Assembly: GCF_001194135.2 (NCBI RefSeq)
Contig: NC_068990.1
Coordinates: 41,225,223-41,270,740, forward strand
DNA from: Octopus bimaculoides
Lineage: Eukaryota
Direction of reading: 5' to 3'
Length of the DNA stretch: 45,518 nucleotides
The notes beneath the pieces are model-generated. The model searched no databases. It worked only from the letters and a program-made list of their open reading frames with translations, and had not been told where the DNA came from. The translations under genes and the position numbers were made by a program. Below, piece after piece: positions 23,318 through 34,292 of this stretch. Positions within the stretch are counted from its first letter, which is position 1. Every line of letters starts with the position of its first letter.

Positions 23318-24041
23318 NNNNNNNNNNNNNNNNNNNNNNNNNNNNNNNNNNNNNNNNNNNNNNNNNNNNNNNNNNNNNNNNNNNNNNNNNNNNNNNNNNN
23401 NNNNNNNNNNNNNNNNNNNNNNNNNNNNNNNNNNNNNNNNNNNNNNNNNNNNNNNNNNNNNNNNNNNNNNNNNNNNNNNNNNNNNNNNNNNNNNNNNNNN
23501 NNNNNNNNNNNNNNNNNNNNNNNNNNNNNNNNNNNNNNNNNNNNNNNNNNNNNNNNNNNNNNNNNNNNNNNNNNNNNNNNNNNNNNNNNNNNNNNNNNNN
23601 NNNNNNNNNNNNNNNNNNNNNNNNNNNNNNNNNNNNNNNNNNNNNNNNNNNNNNNNNNNNNNNNNNNNNNNNNNNNNNNNNNNNNNNNNNNNNNNNNNNN
23701 NNNNNNNNNNNNNNNNNNNNNNNNNNNNNNNNNNNNNNNNNNNNNNNNNNNNNNNNNNNNNNNNNNNNNNNNNNNNNNNNNNNNNNNNNNNNNNNNNNNN
23801 NNNNNNNNNNNNNNNNNNNNNNNNNNNNNNNNNNNNNNNNNNNNNNNNNNNNNNNNNNNNNNNNNNNNNNNNNNNNNNNNNNNNNNNNNNNNNNNNNNNN
23901 NNNNNNNNNNNNNNNNNNNNNNNNNNNNNNNNNNNNNNNNNNNNNNNNNNNNNNNNNNNNNNNNNNNNNNNNNNNNNNNNNNNNNNNNNNNNNNNNNNNN
24001 NNNNNNNNNNNNNNNNNNNNNNNNNNNNNNNNNNNNNNNNN

Positions 24042-24101
<60 letters not shown>

Positions 24102-24479
24102 TGTGTTTGTCCGTCTGTTTGTCTGTGACTCATAGCGTTAATGGGCGTTTTGTTCTTGGTAAGTTCCACCGAATAAAGGAAATTCAACTCATAATAAGAT
24201 CTTGCTAACACATGTCTTGTAACACATAAAGGAATGAAATTTCATATCAAATATTCCAACAGAATGCTACTGTATAATCATTTAAGTGATGAAACCTCGA
24301 TATAATATTTTCCCAAAGGTATTCCAATCACAAAATGAGCATTGAACTGAAATAGGAATTATTACAATGGTATTCATGTTTCACATTTAGTCGAATTAAT
24401 AAAGTGTCGCATTTTTGTTGAAGGTTTGATAGTTTGTATTATGTCATTAATACTTAAGTGCGTATATGAAAAGGGTGTT

Positions 24480-25140
24480 GTTTCGTCCCTGGCTCGGTTC
24501 ACTTAGCTGTCAACGAAAGCAGATGAGGAGTAGAATAACTGTATATAGCACTGCAAGGAGTAGTAAAAATGTGTGTCAGCTGCAACTGACAATAGAACGG
24601 GATAATTTTCTGTTGAGAAATAGTAGCTTTGCTGAAGGAGAGCGATTGAAGACGGGAACCATATTGACAATTTCTAGCACATACTAAATGCTGAGTTTAA
24701 GATTTTTACCAAGGTGCTAGCAAAAAAGTTGATGTTTCTTGTTGTTAGCTTGGTCGTCGAAGTGTAGACCTACTCGATCCCGATCAGATATATTTGTAAC
24801 ATACTCCACCTGTTGCGATACAGCGTAGAAATGGCAGGTAAAAACGGTTGTGTGCTGATCGATTTTGGATTAGTCGAAGGTTTGACCAAAATTACTTAAC
24901 AGTTATCCTCAAAGGTACTCGTTTCATTACCATTTTCAAATCCCGGTTCTCTTCAATATATTGTAGGATCTGCAGAGAAATCTAACTAAATGGCCACTGA
25001 TTTGAATCACAAAGTTGGTTTGCTGAGAATGTTCTCTCTCATCTCTTCCGTATGTACTGATTTTGAAACCACTTCTGCCATATCTGGAGTGGTTAAGCGG
25101 TACCCCGCTCAAGCAGAGACGCAGGATAGCCATGACAGCA
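24480..25140 (+). pseudogene. L1/Tx1-clade LINE reverse transcriptase fragment (domains 1-4), decayed
   Basis: Translations: DNF*HILNAEFKIFTKVLAKKL (cf. NFRPITLLN.D.KI..K.LA.RL); LNGH; YVLILKPLL (cf. LYVLALEPLL); ...MTAY immediately before where ADD would follow. Confidence 0.8.
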
Positions 25141-25920
25141 TATAAGGGTCGGCTGAAAAATTCATAGGCTGGCCAAGATATTCTAAGGGAATATGACCAA
25201 ATGAGATTTATTTTTCAACATAGAGCACCTTGCGTTTCACACACTTCTTCCATTGATGTTGTAGTGCTTGGATCCCATTGCGGAAGACGCTTTCATCTTG
25301 TCTTTGGCTCAAAGTGATGAACACAATACTCATCATGGCTTAGGAAATGTTCAAGGAAACTAGCTGAATCAGCCTGAAAAAATGTCAGACTTTGCTGTGA
25401 TGTGATCAGCCAAGTGCACTTTTGATCAGGTTTCTGAAAACGTGGCACTCACTGAACTGAAACCTTCGTCATGCCAAGTGCATTGTGCAGAACATTCTCG
25501 ACTCATTCATGAGATATGCTAATAGTATTAGCTATTTGATTTATAGTCAATCGTCTGTCAGCCATCCCCATATGACAAACACGATCAATGCTTTTCTTTG
25601 GTGGTGACAATTGAAGGATGTCCAGATCTTGGGTCATCTTCAAGACTCTTCGTTCCCCTCCTAAATTTAGCTGTCCACTTTTTCACTACTAATAAAGCAG
25701 TAGCGTCATCTCCTAATGTAGCTACCATACCAGCACGAATGTCCTTGGTGGCTAAGCCCTTTTTCTGAGGGACTTGTTAACGCCACGATCTCAAATTTTG
25801 TCCCATTTTCAAGAGAACTCGTTCCTAGTTACATTTGAAGTCTTTTTTGAACAGTCAGGTGTAAGTTTACTTGCAAAGAATCAATGCAGTTGTCAGTTAA
25901 GTACTGGAGGAAATAGCATC
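25141..25920 (-). mobile_element. Mariner transposon, internally deleted and decayed
   Basis: TIR-like TA-TAAGGGTCGGCTGAAAAATTCATAGGCTG at 25141. Minus-strand translation: VKKWTAKFRRGTKSLEDDPRSGHP (HTH); LGMTKVSVQ*VPR (WVPxxL); HDEYCVHHFEP (first catalytic D); then directly DESVFRNGIQALQHQWKKCV...YVEK*. Confidence 0.9.
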
Positions 25921-26620
25921 GATTAAGCTTCTATCTTCATAAAACTACTAGCCTTTTCCCTAAATCCTCGCTCTCCTCCTCCACCTCTTCCTCCTCCACC
26001 TCTTCCGCCTCCGCCTCTTCCNNNNNNNNNNCCTCCTCCGCCTCTTCCTCCTCCGCATCTTCCTCCTCCGCATCTTCGCCTTCCCCTCCTCCTCCTCCTC
26101 CTCCTCCTCATCATCATCAGCAGCATCATTTTATCGTTACTATTAATTTATGTCTTCTTGATTATTAGCCTCGTTTCTCTCTTAATCACAAGCCTAGCTC
26201 AAAGGAAACGAGAACTGGGAGCCGCCACAGTAGACATTTCTTTTTAATGATTCAGAGTGCTTGATGTACATATTGTACTTTCATGACAGGAACGAGAAAC
26301 ACGATGACCGCTTGGATCACTGACATTCCGGTGGTGACACCCTCTTCCCTTTCCAAGTGTACGCTTTGCTTCTACATTATCCGCTGTGGCTTTCCTCATT
26401 TCAGACGTTTCGGTGTGATTTGAAGACCTTGCTGCTATTTTTAGGAGAGCAAACGATCACGTAGATCTTTCCCCTGTTTTTTTGCTGCTAATGTTGGCTG
26501 CTCGTGTCGCAACTCCTTGTTGCTGTTGTTGTTGTTGTTGTTGTTGTTGTTGTGTTGCTGTTAATGGAAACTGCTTGTTGCTGCTTTTGCTGCTTTTGCT
26601 GCTACTGCTGCTGCTGTTGC

Positions 26621-26652
<32 letters not shown>

Positions 26653-26694
26653 CTAATTTTGCAACGGTTGTTGATGTTGCTGCTGCTGCAGCCG

Positions 26695-26990
26695 CTGACT
26701 CCGAAAGAGTCAGTCAACCGTTTACTTCTATCTTACTTTAAACTCCAAGCGATCGGAGGTTGGGGCGGGGTGGTGGGGGTGGGGGCTGAAGGGGAAGAAA
26801 ATAAAGAAAGGGAAAATAAAAAAAAAACAACAAATCAGAAAAGAAAATCCGGGGAATCCAGTCACGTGACATAAACAAACCTGATATATATATTTTTTGT
26901 CATGATAGTCTTTAATAAATAGATTGAGGAGAGACTGAAAATCGAAACCGTTCAGCGGAAGTAAGTGGGTAACTAGGCAGGTGAGTAAGA
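26695..26990 (+). promoter_or_regulatory. Promoter/enhancer-like motif cluster (tentative)
   Basis: GC box GGGGCGGGG and a G4-forming run at 26762-26785; palindromic E-box GTCACGTGAC at 26861-26870; forkhead-like ATAAACA at 26871-26877; splice donors GAA|GTAAGT (26961) and CAG|GTGAGT (26981). Confidence 0.3.
26923..26960 (+). CDS. Candidate 38-nt exon (IEERLKIETVQR), gene unknown
   Basis: Acceptor taaatag and donor GTAAGT. Open in phase 0. No homology was recognised. Confidence 0.2.
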
Positions 26991-27143
26991 CGGTCGGGTG
27001 CTTTACTCTGCCTGCTGTGTCTATCGTCTGGATTTGTTAATAGTGAGTTTGTCTGTGAGATGTTGAAGGATTTGGGTTTGTAGGTTAGTGGTGAGTGTTT
27101 GCATGGTAGAGACTAAAAACTAGAGAGTGGGTTAATGGGTTAG

Positions 27144-27145
27144 CT

Positions 27146-27222
<77 letters not shown>

Positions 27223-27266
27223 GTTGCTGCTGCCGCTGCTGATGATGATGAGGATGCTAATGCTGC

Positions 27267-27302
<36 letters not shown>

Positions 27303-27327
27303 CTGTTGTTGTTGTTGTTGTTGTAGT

Positions 27328-27360
<33 letters not shown>

Positions 27361-27462
27361 TGTTGTTGTTGTAGTAGTAGTTGTAGTAGTAGTAGTAATA
27401 GTAGTAGTAGCAGTAGTAGTAGTGGTAGTAGTAGCTGTTGTTGTTGTTGTAGTTGTAGTTGT

Positions 27463-27519
<57 letters not shown>

Positions 27520-27579
27520 AGTTGTTGTTGTAGTAGTAGTAGCAGCAGTAGTAGTAGTAGTAGCAGCAGCAGCAGCAAC

Positions 27580-27623
<44 letters not shown>

Positions 27624-27640
27624 CAACGGCGGTAGCAGCT
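27144..27640. repeat. Compound trinucleotide array (CTA)n then (GTA)n/(GCA)n/(GTT)n
   Basis: Read directly. It gives the spurious poly-L/poly-V ORFs. Confidence 0.97.
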
Positions 27641-28204
27641 CAGTAAGCTGTTTTCAAGGGACAGCAGCGTAATTGGATTATTATCAAATTTATGGAGCGG
27701 AAAGTTTGAGAAACGTTGTAGTGTTCAAGCCTTTCCCAATGATAACCAGTGAAGTGAATGAAGGGAATTCTATTTAAAACTAAAATATCTAACTCTGATC
27801 AATGCCAAATGATCTACAAATAAACACAAGACTGAGAGTGGGGTGTGACTAACCCGTCACACGCTTTCTCAACTTACTAGAGATGGCAATCAAGTTTCCC
27901 TCAAATCATGCAATAATTTCAGTGTACAAAACGATGCATTAGAATAATATAATCGTAAATACTTTTAACTCGACAGGAAGGTCATGGTTGGAATGCCATT
28001 GAAGAATTGATGCACTTTATCAGGATTCTCCCCTTCTTAAACAGCAACAATATATAGTATTTGAGCTGTAATAAAAGATGAGAATTATTATATCAAAAAA
28101 TATTATTAGTCTTCGTGATGTTAACTGCGTAAACCAGGAATTGAATGTATGTCAGCGTCTCAGTGTTCTGGAGTATTCTTACCGACTGTTACTGCAAAGG
28201 TGGT

Positions 28205-28392
28205 TGCTAATATAAATCTAATAATGCTTTCTAATTTTGGGACGAGAGAAGAAATTTTGAGGGAGAGAGCAAGTCGATCACATTTATCGGTACTTTATTT
28301 TATAGATCTCAAAAGGATAAAATGCAAGGTGGGCTTCAGTGGCATTTTAACTTAAAACGTAAAAAGCAGGATGATATGCCACTAACGATTTT
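28205..28392 (-). mobile_element. SINE family B, highly degraded
   Basis: gggagagagcaagtcgatcac...ggtactt...aaaaggataaaatgcaaggt...ctaacgattttg aligns loosely to family B. Confidence 0.55.
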
Positions 28393-28435
28393 GTTAACTC
28401 ACTCATTTTATATATAAATTCAATGACAATAATAA

Positions 28436-28651
28436 TATTTTCTACTCTAGGCACAAGGCCCGTAATTTTGGGGGAAGAGGCCAGTCGATTAGTCGAACCC
28501 TGTACGTAACGGGTACTTAATTTATGAACCCTAACAAGATGAAATGTAAAGTCGACCTCGGCGGAATTTGAACTCAGAACGTCATGACAGACGAACTACC
28601 CCTAAGCATTTCTCTCGACGTGCTAACGTTTCTGCCAGCTCGCCCGCCGCC
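28436..28651 (-). mobile_element. SINE family B
   Basis: tctactctaggcacaaggcccg...aaagtcgacctcggcggaatttgaactcagaacg...ttctgccagctcgcccgcc. Confidence 0.9.
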
Positions 28652-28683
28652 TTTACAATCATAATAATAATAATAATAATAAT

Positions 28684-28872
28684 GATTTCAAAGTTGGCAC
28701 AAGGCTAGCAATTTTAGGGAAGGTGTGCTTATCTGGGACTTGTTTTAACGACCCCGAAAGGATGGAAGGCAAAGTTGATCCCGACAGAATTTTAACTCAG
28801 AGCGTAAAGAAAGACGAAATACCGCTAGGCATTTTGCCCGGCGTGATAACGATTCTGCCAGCTCATCGCCTT
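28684..28872 (-). mobile_element. SINE family B
   Basis: ggcacaaggctagcaatttt...gaccccgaaaggatggaaggcaaagttga...acgattctgccagctcatcgcctt. Confidence 0.88.
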
Positions 28873-28933
28873 AACAACAACAATAATAATAATAATAATA
28901 ATAATAATGATAATAATAATAATAATAATAATG

Positions 28934-28997
<64 letters not shown>

Positions 28998-29008
28998 TGA
29001 TGATAATG

Positions 29009-29060
<52 letters not shown>
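28873..29060. repeat. (AAT)n microsatellite with GAT interruptions
   Basis: Read directly. It gives the spurious poly-N/poly-I ORFs. Confidence 0.97.
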
Positions 29061-29061
<1 letters not shown>

Positions 29062-29143
29062 CCTTTCTAATAAAGATACAGGGCCTGAAATTTTGTGGGG
29101 AGGGGACTAGTGGATTACATCAATGCCAGTGTTTCACTGGTAC
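29061..29143 (-). mobile_element. SINE family B, tail only
   Basis: cctttctaataaagatacagggcctgaaattttgtggggaggggactag...gtttcactggtac, nearly the same as 90-170. Confidence 0.85.
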
Positions 29144-29158
29144 AGCAGCTTTGACAGA

Positions 29159-29668
29159 GTGGACAAAAACTGAATTAGCAATGCTAGATAGAAAAAACTA
29201 GCTAGGAATTCAATATGAATGGAGGACTTCACCCAAGGGCAGGAGTAGCAAGATTATACTTGCCTGGAAAGGAAGGTGGAAGAGAGCTAATATCAGTAGA
29301 AGACTGCGTGGAGTTAGCTAGAGTAGATATAGATTCCTATGGAGATAATAGTGAAGAAAGTTTATTAGGAGTTGCTCGAGTCATCACAGTCCCAAATGAT
29401 GAAAAAATCAACATGAGAGGTATAGAAAAATAGCAAATACCAGGACTTTGAATTACAGAGACTATGGTAAGTGCGGGTAAAATGTATCCCAGTAGTTATA
29501 GGTGCATTGGGAACTATCCCTTAAGATCTGAACAGCTGGATAGAAGAAATAGGCATAACACCCGGTTTAGTACAGCTCCAGAAAACAGTGTTATTAGGGA
29601 CAGCTAGGATACTTAGGAGGGTTCTTGGCATCTAAGACATATTGTTCTAGCCCGATGTAAGGATTCAA
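29159..29668 (+). mobile_element. Dong/R4-like LINE fragment (Dong-A), internally deleted
   Basis: WTKTELAMLDRK; MNGGLHPRAGVARLYLPGKEGGRELISVEDCVE (ORF 29215-29433); then VPNDEK; RLW; KCIPVVIGALGTIP; LQKTVLLGTARILRRVLGI*. A short 3' UTR ends in (AAT)n. Confidence 0.9.
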
Positions 29669-29700
29669 TGATAATAATGATAATAATAATAATAATAATA

Positions 29701-29914
29701 AAATATTCAGACAAATACATAACAAAAACACCAGGACTTACAAATATATATAACATACAGAAAATTGCACTACTGGGTACTGCACACATTCTACGCAAAA
29801 CACTTTCAATACAGTAAACATAAGAGCACCACAGCAACCCACAGCACATACCCAAGGCGCACAGAGCTGCGCTCGGTAGTGAAGTGAAAGCACGTTATAA
29901 AAATAAAACTACTG
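29701..29914 (+). mobile_element. 3' end of Dong-B LINE inserted in (AAT)n
   Basis: KYSDKYITKTPGLTNIYNIQKIALLGTAHILRKTLSIQ* (stop 29815-29817); 3' UTR hairpin GCGCA-cagagc-TGCGC at 29857-29872; (AAT)n on both sides. Confidence 0.92.
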
Positions 29915-30133
29915 AATAATAATAATAATAATAATATTGATTCATAAAATGAGGAGGAAGATGTAGTGAGGTGGAAGGGCACCGTGACATAGTCAAGCAT
30001 ACACCCGCACACACTCTCAAACATTCACACACAAACGTACACACTTTAATACACACAGAGATACATCTAAACACATGTACAAACACGTACGAATGCGTCT
30101 CACTCTCTCTTTCACTCTTTCTCTCTCTCTCTA

Positions 30134-30177
<44 letters not shown>

Positions 30178-30422
30178 NNNNNNNNNNNNNNNNNNNNNNN
30201 NNNNNNNNNNNNNNNNNNNNNNNNNNNNNNNNNNNNNNNNNNNNNNNNNNNNNNNNNNNNNNNNNNNNNNNNNNNNNNNNNNNNNNNNNNNNNNNNNNNN
30301 NNNNNNNNNNATATATTTATATCTATATATATGGGAGAATATACCAAAAAACAACAACAGACGAGAACAGGTGATGTAAATAACAAAGGATGTATTAGTA
30401 TGACGCTCGGGAATACGGAAAG

Positions 30423-30459
30423 TCTTTGACGTTTCGAGCTACGCTCTTCAACAGAAAGA
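30423..30459 (-). ncRNA. Minimal type I hammerhead ribozyme-like motif (Penelope-type), variant core
   Basis: Minus strand UCUUU-CUGUUGA-A-GAGC-GUA-GCUC-GAAA-C-GUC-AAAGA: stem I 5 bp, stem II 4 bp, GUC cleavage triplet, palindromic ACGU in place of stem III. The core is CUGUUGA rather than CUGANGA. Confidence 0.55.
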
Positions 30460-31039
30460 ATACGGAGACAAGGAGAAAAACACGGAGAAAAAAAATTGAA
30501 TAGTGTCCAGTCAACGGTCAATCATAATATATATATATAATATACACGTGTGTGTGTTTGTGTGTGTGTGCATGTATGTGTGTGTGTGCGTGTGTGTGTG
30601 TAACGCAATTTGTTCGACGCAACCAATTCACAGATTACAAATAATCCCTTTTACTATAGGCAATGCACGAGACCATTCATTTTATTCATTTATTTTTAAT
30701 TGGGTTAGAAAGAGGTTATCGACTGACGTAACTTTAGTACTTAAACACTATGAACCGGCGAACAAAAAGCAGCACTCCCCTCAGAAAGGCCACGCGGACA
30801 AAATATTTAAAATGTCTCAAACGTCCTCTACTGACAAGGTCACCTGGCCTGCAAAGAAGTCACAGTCAAATTTCCAGAATTAACTCTTCAAGCTTAAAAT
30901 AAAAGTAAGGCCAAACTGGACATTTCTATGTTTGCGTAGAGGATAATATGAGTGCATTAAGACTCCTTATGAGACATTCACTGCCTTTGTGACCCTAGAT
31001 AACTCGTTTGTAGCTATAGTTTCTATTGTATTCTTTCTA

Positions 31040-31195
31040 AGTTTTGCACAAAGCCAGCAATTTTGAAGGGTAGCCATCCTCAAAAGAATACAAGTAAGGT
31101 TGACCTCAGCGGAATTTGAACACAAATCGTATTAGCGTCGGACGAACCGGTATTTAATATTTTTCCCCGACGCACTAATGATTGTAGGCCGAGGC
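31040..31195 (-). mobile_element. SINE family B, degraded
   Basis: gcacaaagccagcaattttg...aaggttgacctcagcggaatttgaacac. Confidence 0.65.
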
Positions 31196-31419
31196 AGTAG
31201 CGTACTTTTAATAATATTAAAAACTAATCTCTATTACAACTTGTTGCCTACCTGAATACAAAGCTATTGCGTTCACTAATAATGCGTTGACTCGGAGTGA
31301 GGACGCTGTTTTAAGCAACTAACATAACACGCGCACTATACTTTCTCCCCTTTGTAAATTCAAACGCGTAAGAGTAACCTTACGATGTTAATTACGACTT
31401 TGATCGATGAGTTATTCAT

Positions 31420-31961
31420 TTACTCTTTTACTCTTTACTCTTTTACTTGTTTCAGTCATTTGACTGTGGCCATGCTGGAGCACCACCTTTAGTCGAGCAA
31501 ATCGACACTAGGACTTATTCTTTGGAAGCCTAGTACTTATTCTATCGGTCTCTATTTTGCTGAACCGCTAAGTTACGAGAACGTAAATGCACCAGCATCG
31601 GTTGTCAAGCGATGTTAGGGGGGACAAAACACAGACACACAAACATATACATACACATACATACTTATATATATATATATNNNNNNNNNNNNNNNNNNNN
31701 NNNNNNNNNNNNNNNNNNNNNNNNNNNNNNNNNNNNNNNNNNNNNNNNNNNNNNNNNNNNNNNNNNNNNNNNNNNNNNNNNNNNNNNTATATACATATAT
31801 ACGACGGGCTTCTTTCAGTTTCCGTCTACCAAATCCACTCACAAGGCTTTGGTCAGCCCGAGGCTTTAGTAGAAGACACTTGCCCAAGGTGCCACGCAGT
31901 GGGATTGAAAGCAGAACCATGTGGTTGGTAAGCAAGCTACTTACTACACAGCCACTCTTGC
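31420..31961 (-). mobile_element. SINE family A, full length (internal microsatellite contains a gap)
   Basis: Complete co-linearity with 39904-40313. Confidence 0.93.
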
Positions 31962-32825
31962 ACCTTATTTATATTAGCATATAGATTGAATAAAACTACT
32001 AGTTTTGGTGCATCTGTCCGTTTCGGTTAGTTCCTCAGCCACAATAGTAATTCCTCTGATTGGCCAAGTGGACTATGCTCCGAAATATCAAAGAAATTTA
32101 TGAAGCTATACATTCATATTTTCTCTAATATTCAGCGCGCCATGTCTTAGCCAATGGGCTTTTTCTTCTATAACACGGCAGGATGCTCTTTGAGGCTAAT
32201 TTGGCTCCTATTTCTTGCAAATTGAGAGTCCCCAAAAAGATTTCCTCGTGGCTTGGATCTATCGTTGCAATCTGCTCTATTCTCCAACAAACTTATTATG
32301 ACCTAGAAATATGATTATAAATTTTCACTGTTCCTTTTTGTGCGTTATATTTGATCTTATGTCTCACACGCACACGCACACGCACACACACACACACACA
32401 CACACACGCACAAACACCAACAAACAAACAAACACACACAAACACACACACACACATCCATTTATGTATGCTCACACATATATATATACATCGACAGACA
32501 AGTAGATAATTAGGTATATGCATACATACATGTGTGTATGTGTGTGCGCGAACGCACGTGTGTGTGTGTGTGTGTGTGAATTTTTCTCGTGCTACATGCG
32601 TATATGGAAGAATGCAAGTGTTCGTGAATTTTGCATTTGCTTTCAAAATTATATATGTAAATATAATAGCGATACAGTAATTGAATTACAAATTAAAATG
32701 GTGCTTTCAAAATAAATAGGAATAATTTATGAAATTAAAACTCAAGTCGATACGGACTCATGCATATATATATATAGCGTGTTTGTGTGTATGTGTATGT
32801 GTGTATGTGTGTGTGTATATATATG

Positions 32826-32856
<31 letters not shown>

Positions 32857-33798
32857 GCATATATATATATATATGNNNNNNNNNNNNNNNNNNNNNNNNN
32901 NNNNNNNNNNNNNNNNNNNNNNNNNNNNNNNNNNNNNNNNNNNNNNNNNNNNNNNNNNNNNNNNNNNNNNNNNNNNNNNNNNNNNNNNNNNNNNNNNNNN
33001 NNNNNNNNNNNNNNNNNNNNNNNNNNNNNNNNNNNNNNNNNNNNNNNNNNNNNNNNNNNNNNNNNNNNNNNNNNNNNNNNNNNNNNNNNNNNNNNNNNNN
33101 NNNNNNNNNNNNNNNNNNNNNNNNNNNNNNNNNNNNNNNNNNNNNNNNNNNNNNNNNNNNNNNNNNNNNNNNNNNNNNNNNNNNNNNNNNNNNNNNNNNN
33201 NNNNNNNNNNNNNNNNNNNNNNNNNNNNNNNNNNNNNNNNNNNNNNNNNNNNNNNNNNNNNNNNNNNNNNNNNNNNNNNNNNNNNNNNNNNNNNNNNNNN
33301 NNNNNNNNNNNNNNNNNNNNNNNNNNNNNNNNNNNNNNNNNNNNNNNNNNNNNNNNNNNNNNNNNNNNNNNNNNNNNNNNNNNNNNNNNNNNNNNNNNNN
33401 NNNNNNNNNNNNNNNNNNNNNNNNNNNNNNNNNNNNNNNNNNNNNNNNNNNNNNNNNNNNNNNNNNNNNNNNNNNNNNNNNNNNNNNNNNNNNNNNNNNN
33501 NNNNNNNNNNNNNNNNNNNNNNNNNNNNNNNNNNNNNNNNNNNNNNNNNNNNNNNNNNNNNNNNNNNNNNNNNNNNNNNNNNNNNNNNNNNNNNNNNNNN
33601 NNNNNNNNNNNNNNNNNNNNNNNNNNNNNNNNNNNNNNNNNNNNNNNNACCAAGAAAAAGTCAAACAGTTAGACAGGCAGAAAATGGATACATATATACA
33701 TACCTGCATACATATGTATATGCATACATACCGACATACGTACATACATACGTACATACATACATACATATGCATCTATATGAAATCACGGCTTCGTT

Positions 33799-33829
<31 letters not shown>

Positions 33830-33878
33830 GCATAGATACAAACATACATATGCATCTATATGAAATCAGGGCTATATT

Positions 33879-33910
<32 letters not shown>

Positions 33911-34251
33911 CATACATGCATGCATGCATACATACATACATATATGCATATATGCATACATACATACGTTTATCTATATACATATATAGTTTTCTGTACA
34001 CATACATATAGCTGTATATACAGAGAAATGTGAATATCTTCATAATCACATAAATACGTAGAAGAAATATATAATAAGGAAGTATAATGTGTAGAGAGTG
34101 CGTGAGAGAGAAGGGGTAGGGTTATTGATAGACATATTGAAACTCTGATTAAAAGAGGGGTAAAGTTGAGAAGGTAAAAGTATGAGGGGGAAGGGATCGA
34201 ATGGTAGAAGTAGAGCGACAGGGTGAGGTAATGTGTGTAGACACGTGTGTT

Positions 34252-34292
<41 letters not shown>

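Noticed and set aside
26395-26430. gacgtttcgg motif like the hammerhead GAAAC-GUC half
   Set aside because: There is no CUGANGA-like strand or stem II upstream on the minus strand.
26457-27646. Poly-Q/L/V/C/N ORFs (26457-26717, 26482-26874, 27132-27626, 27224-27646)
   Set aside because: Trinucleotide repeats lack stop codons in several frames on both strands. There is no flanking domain or splice context.
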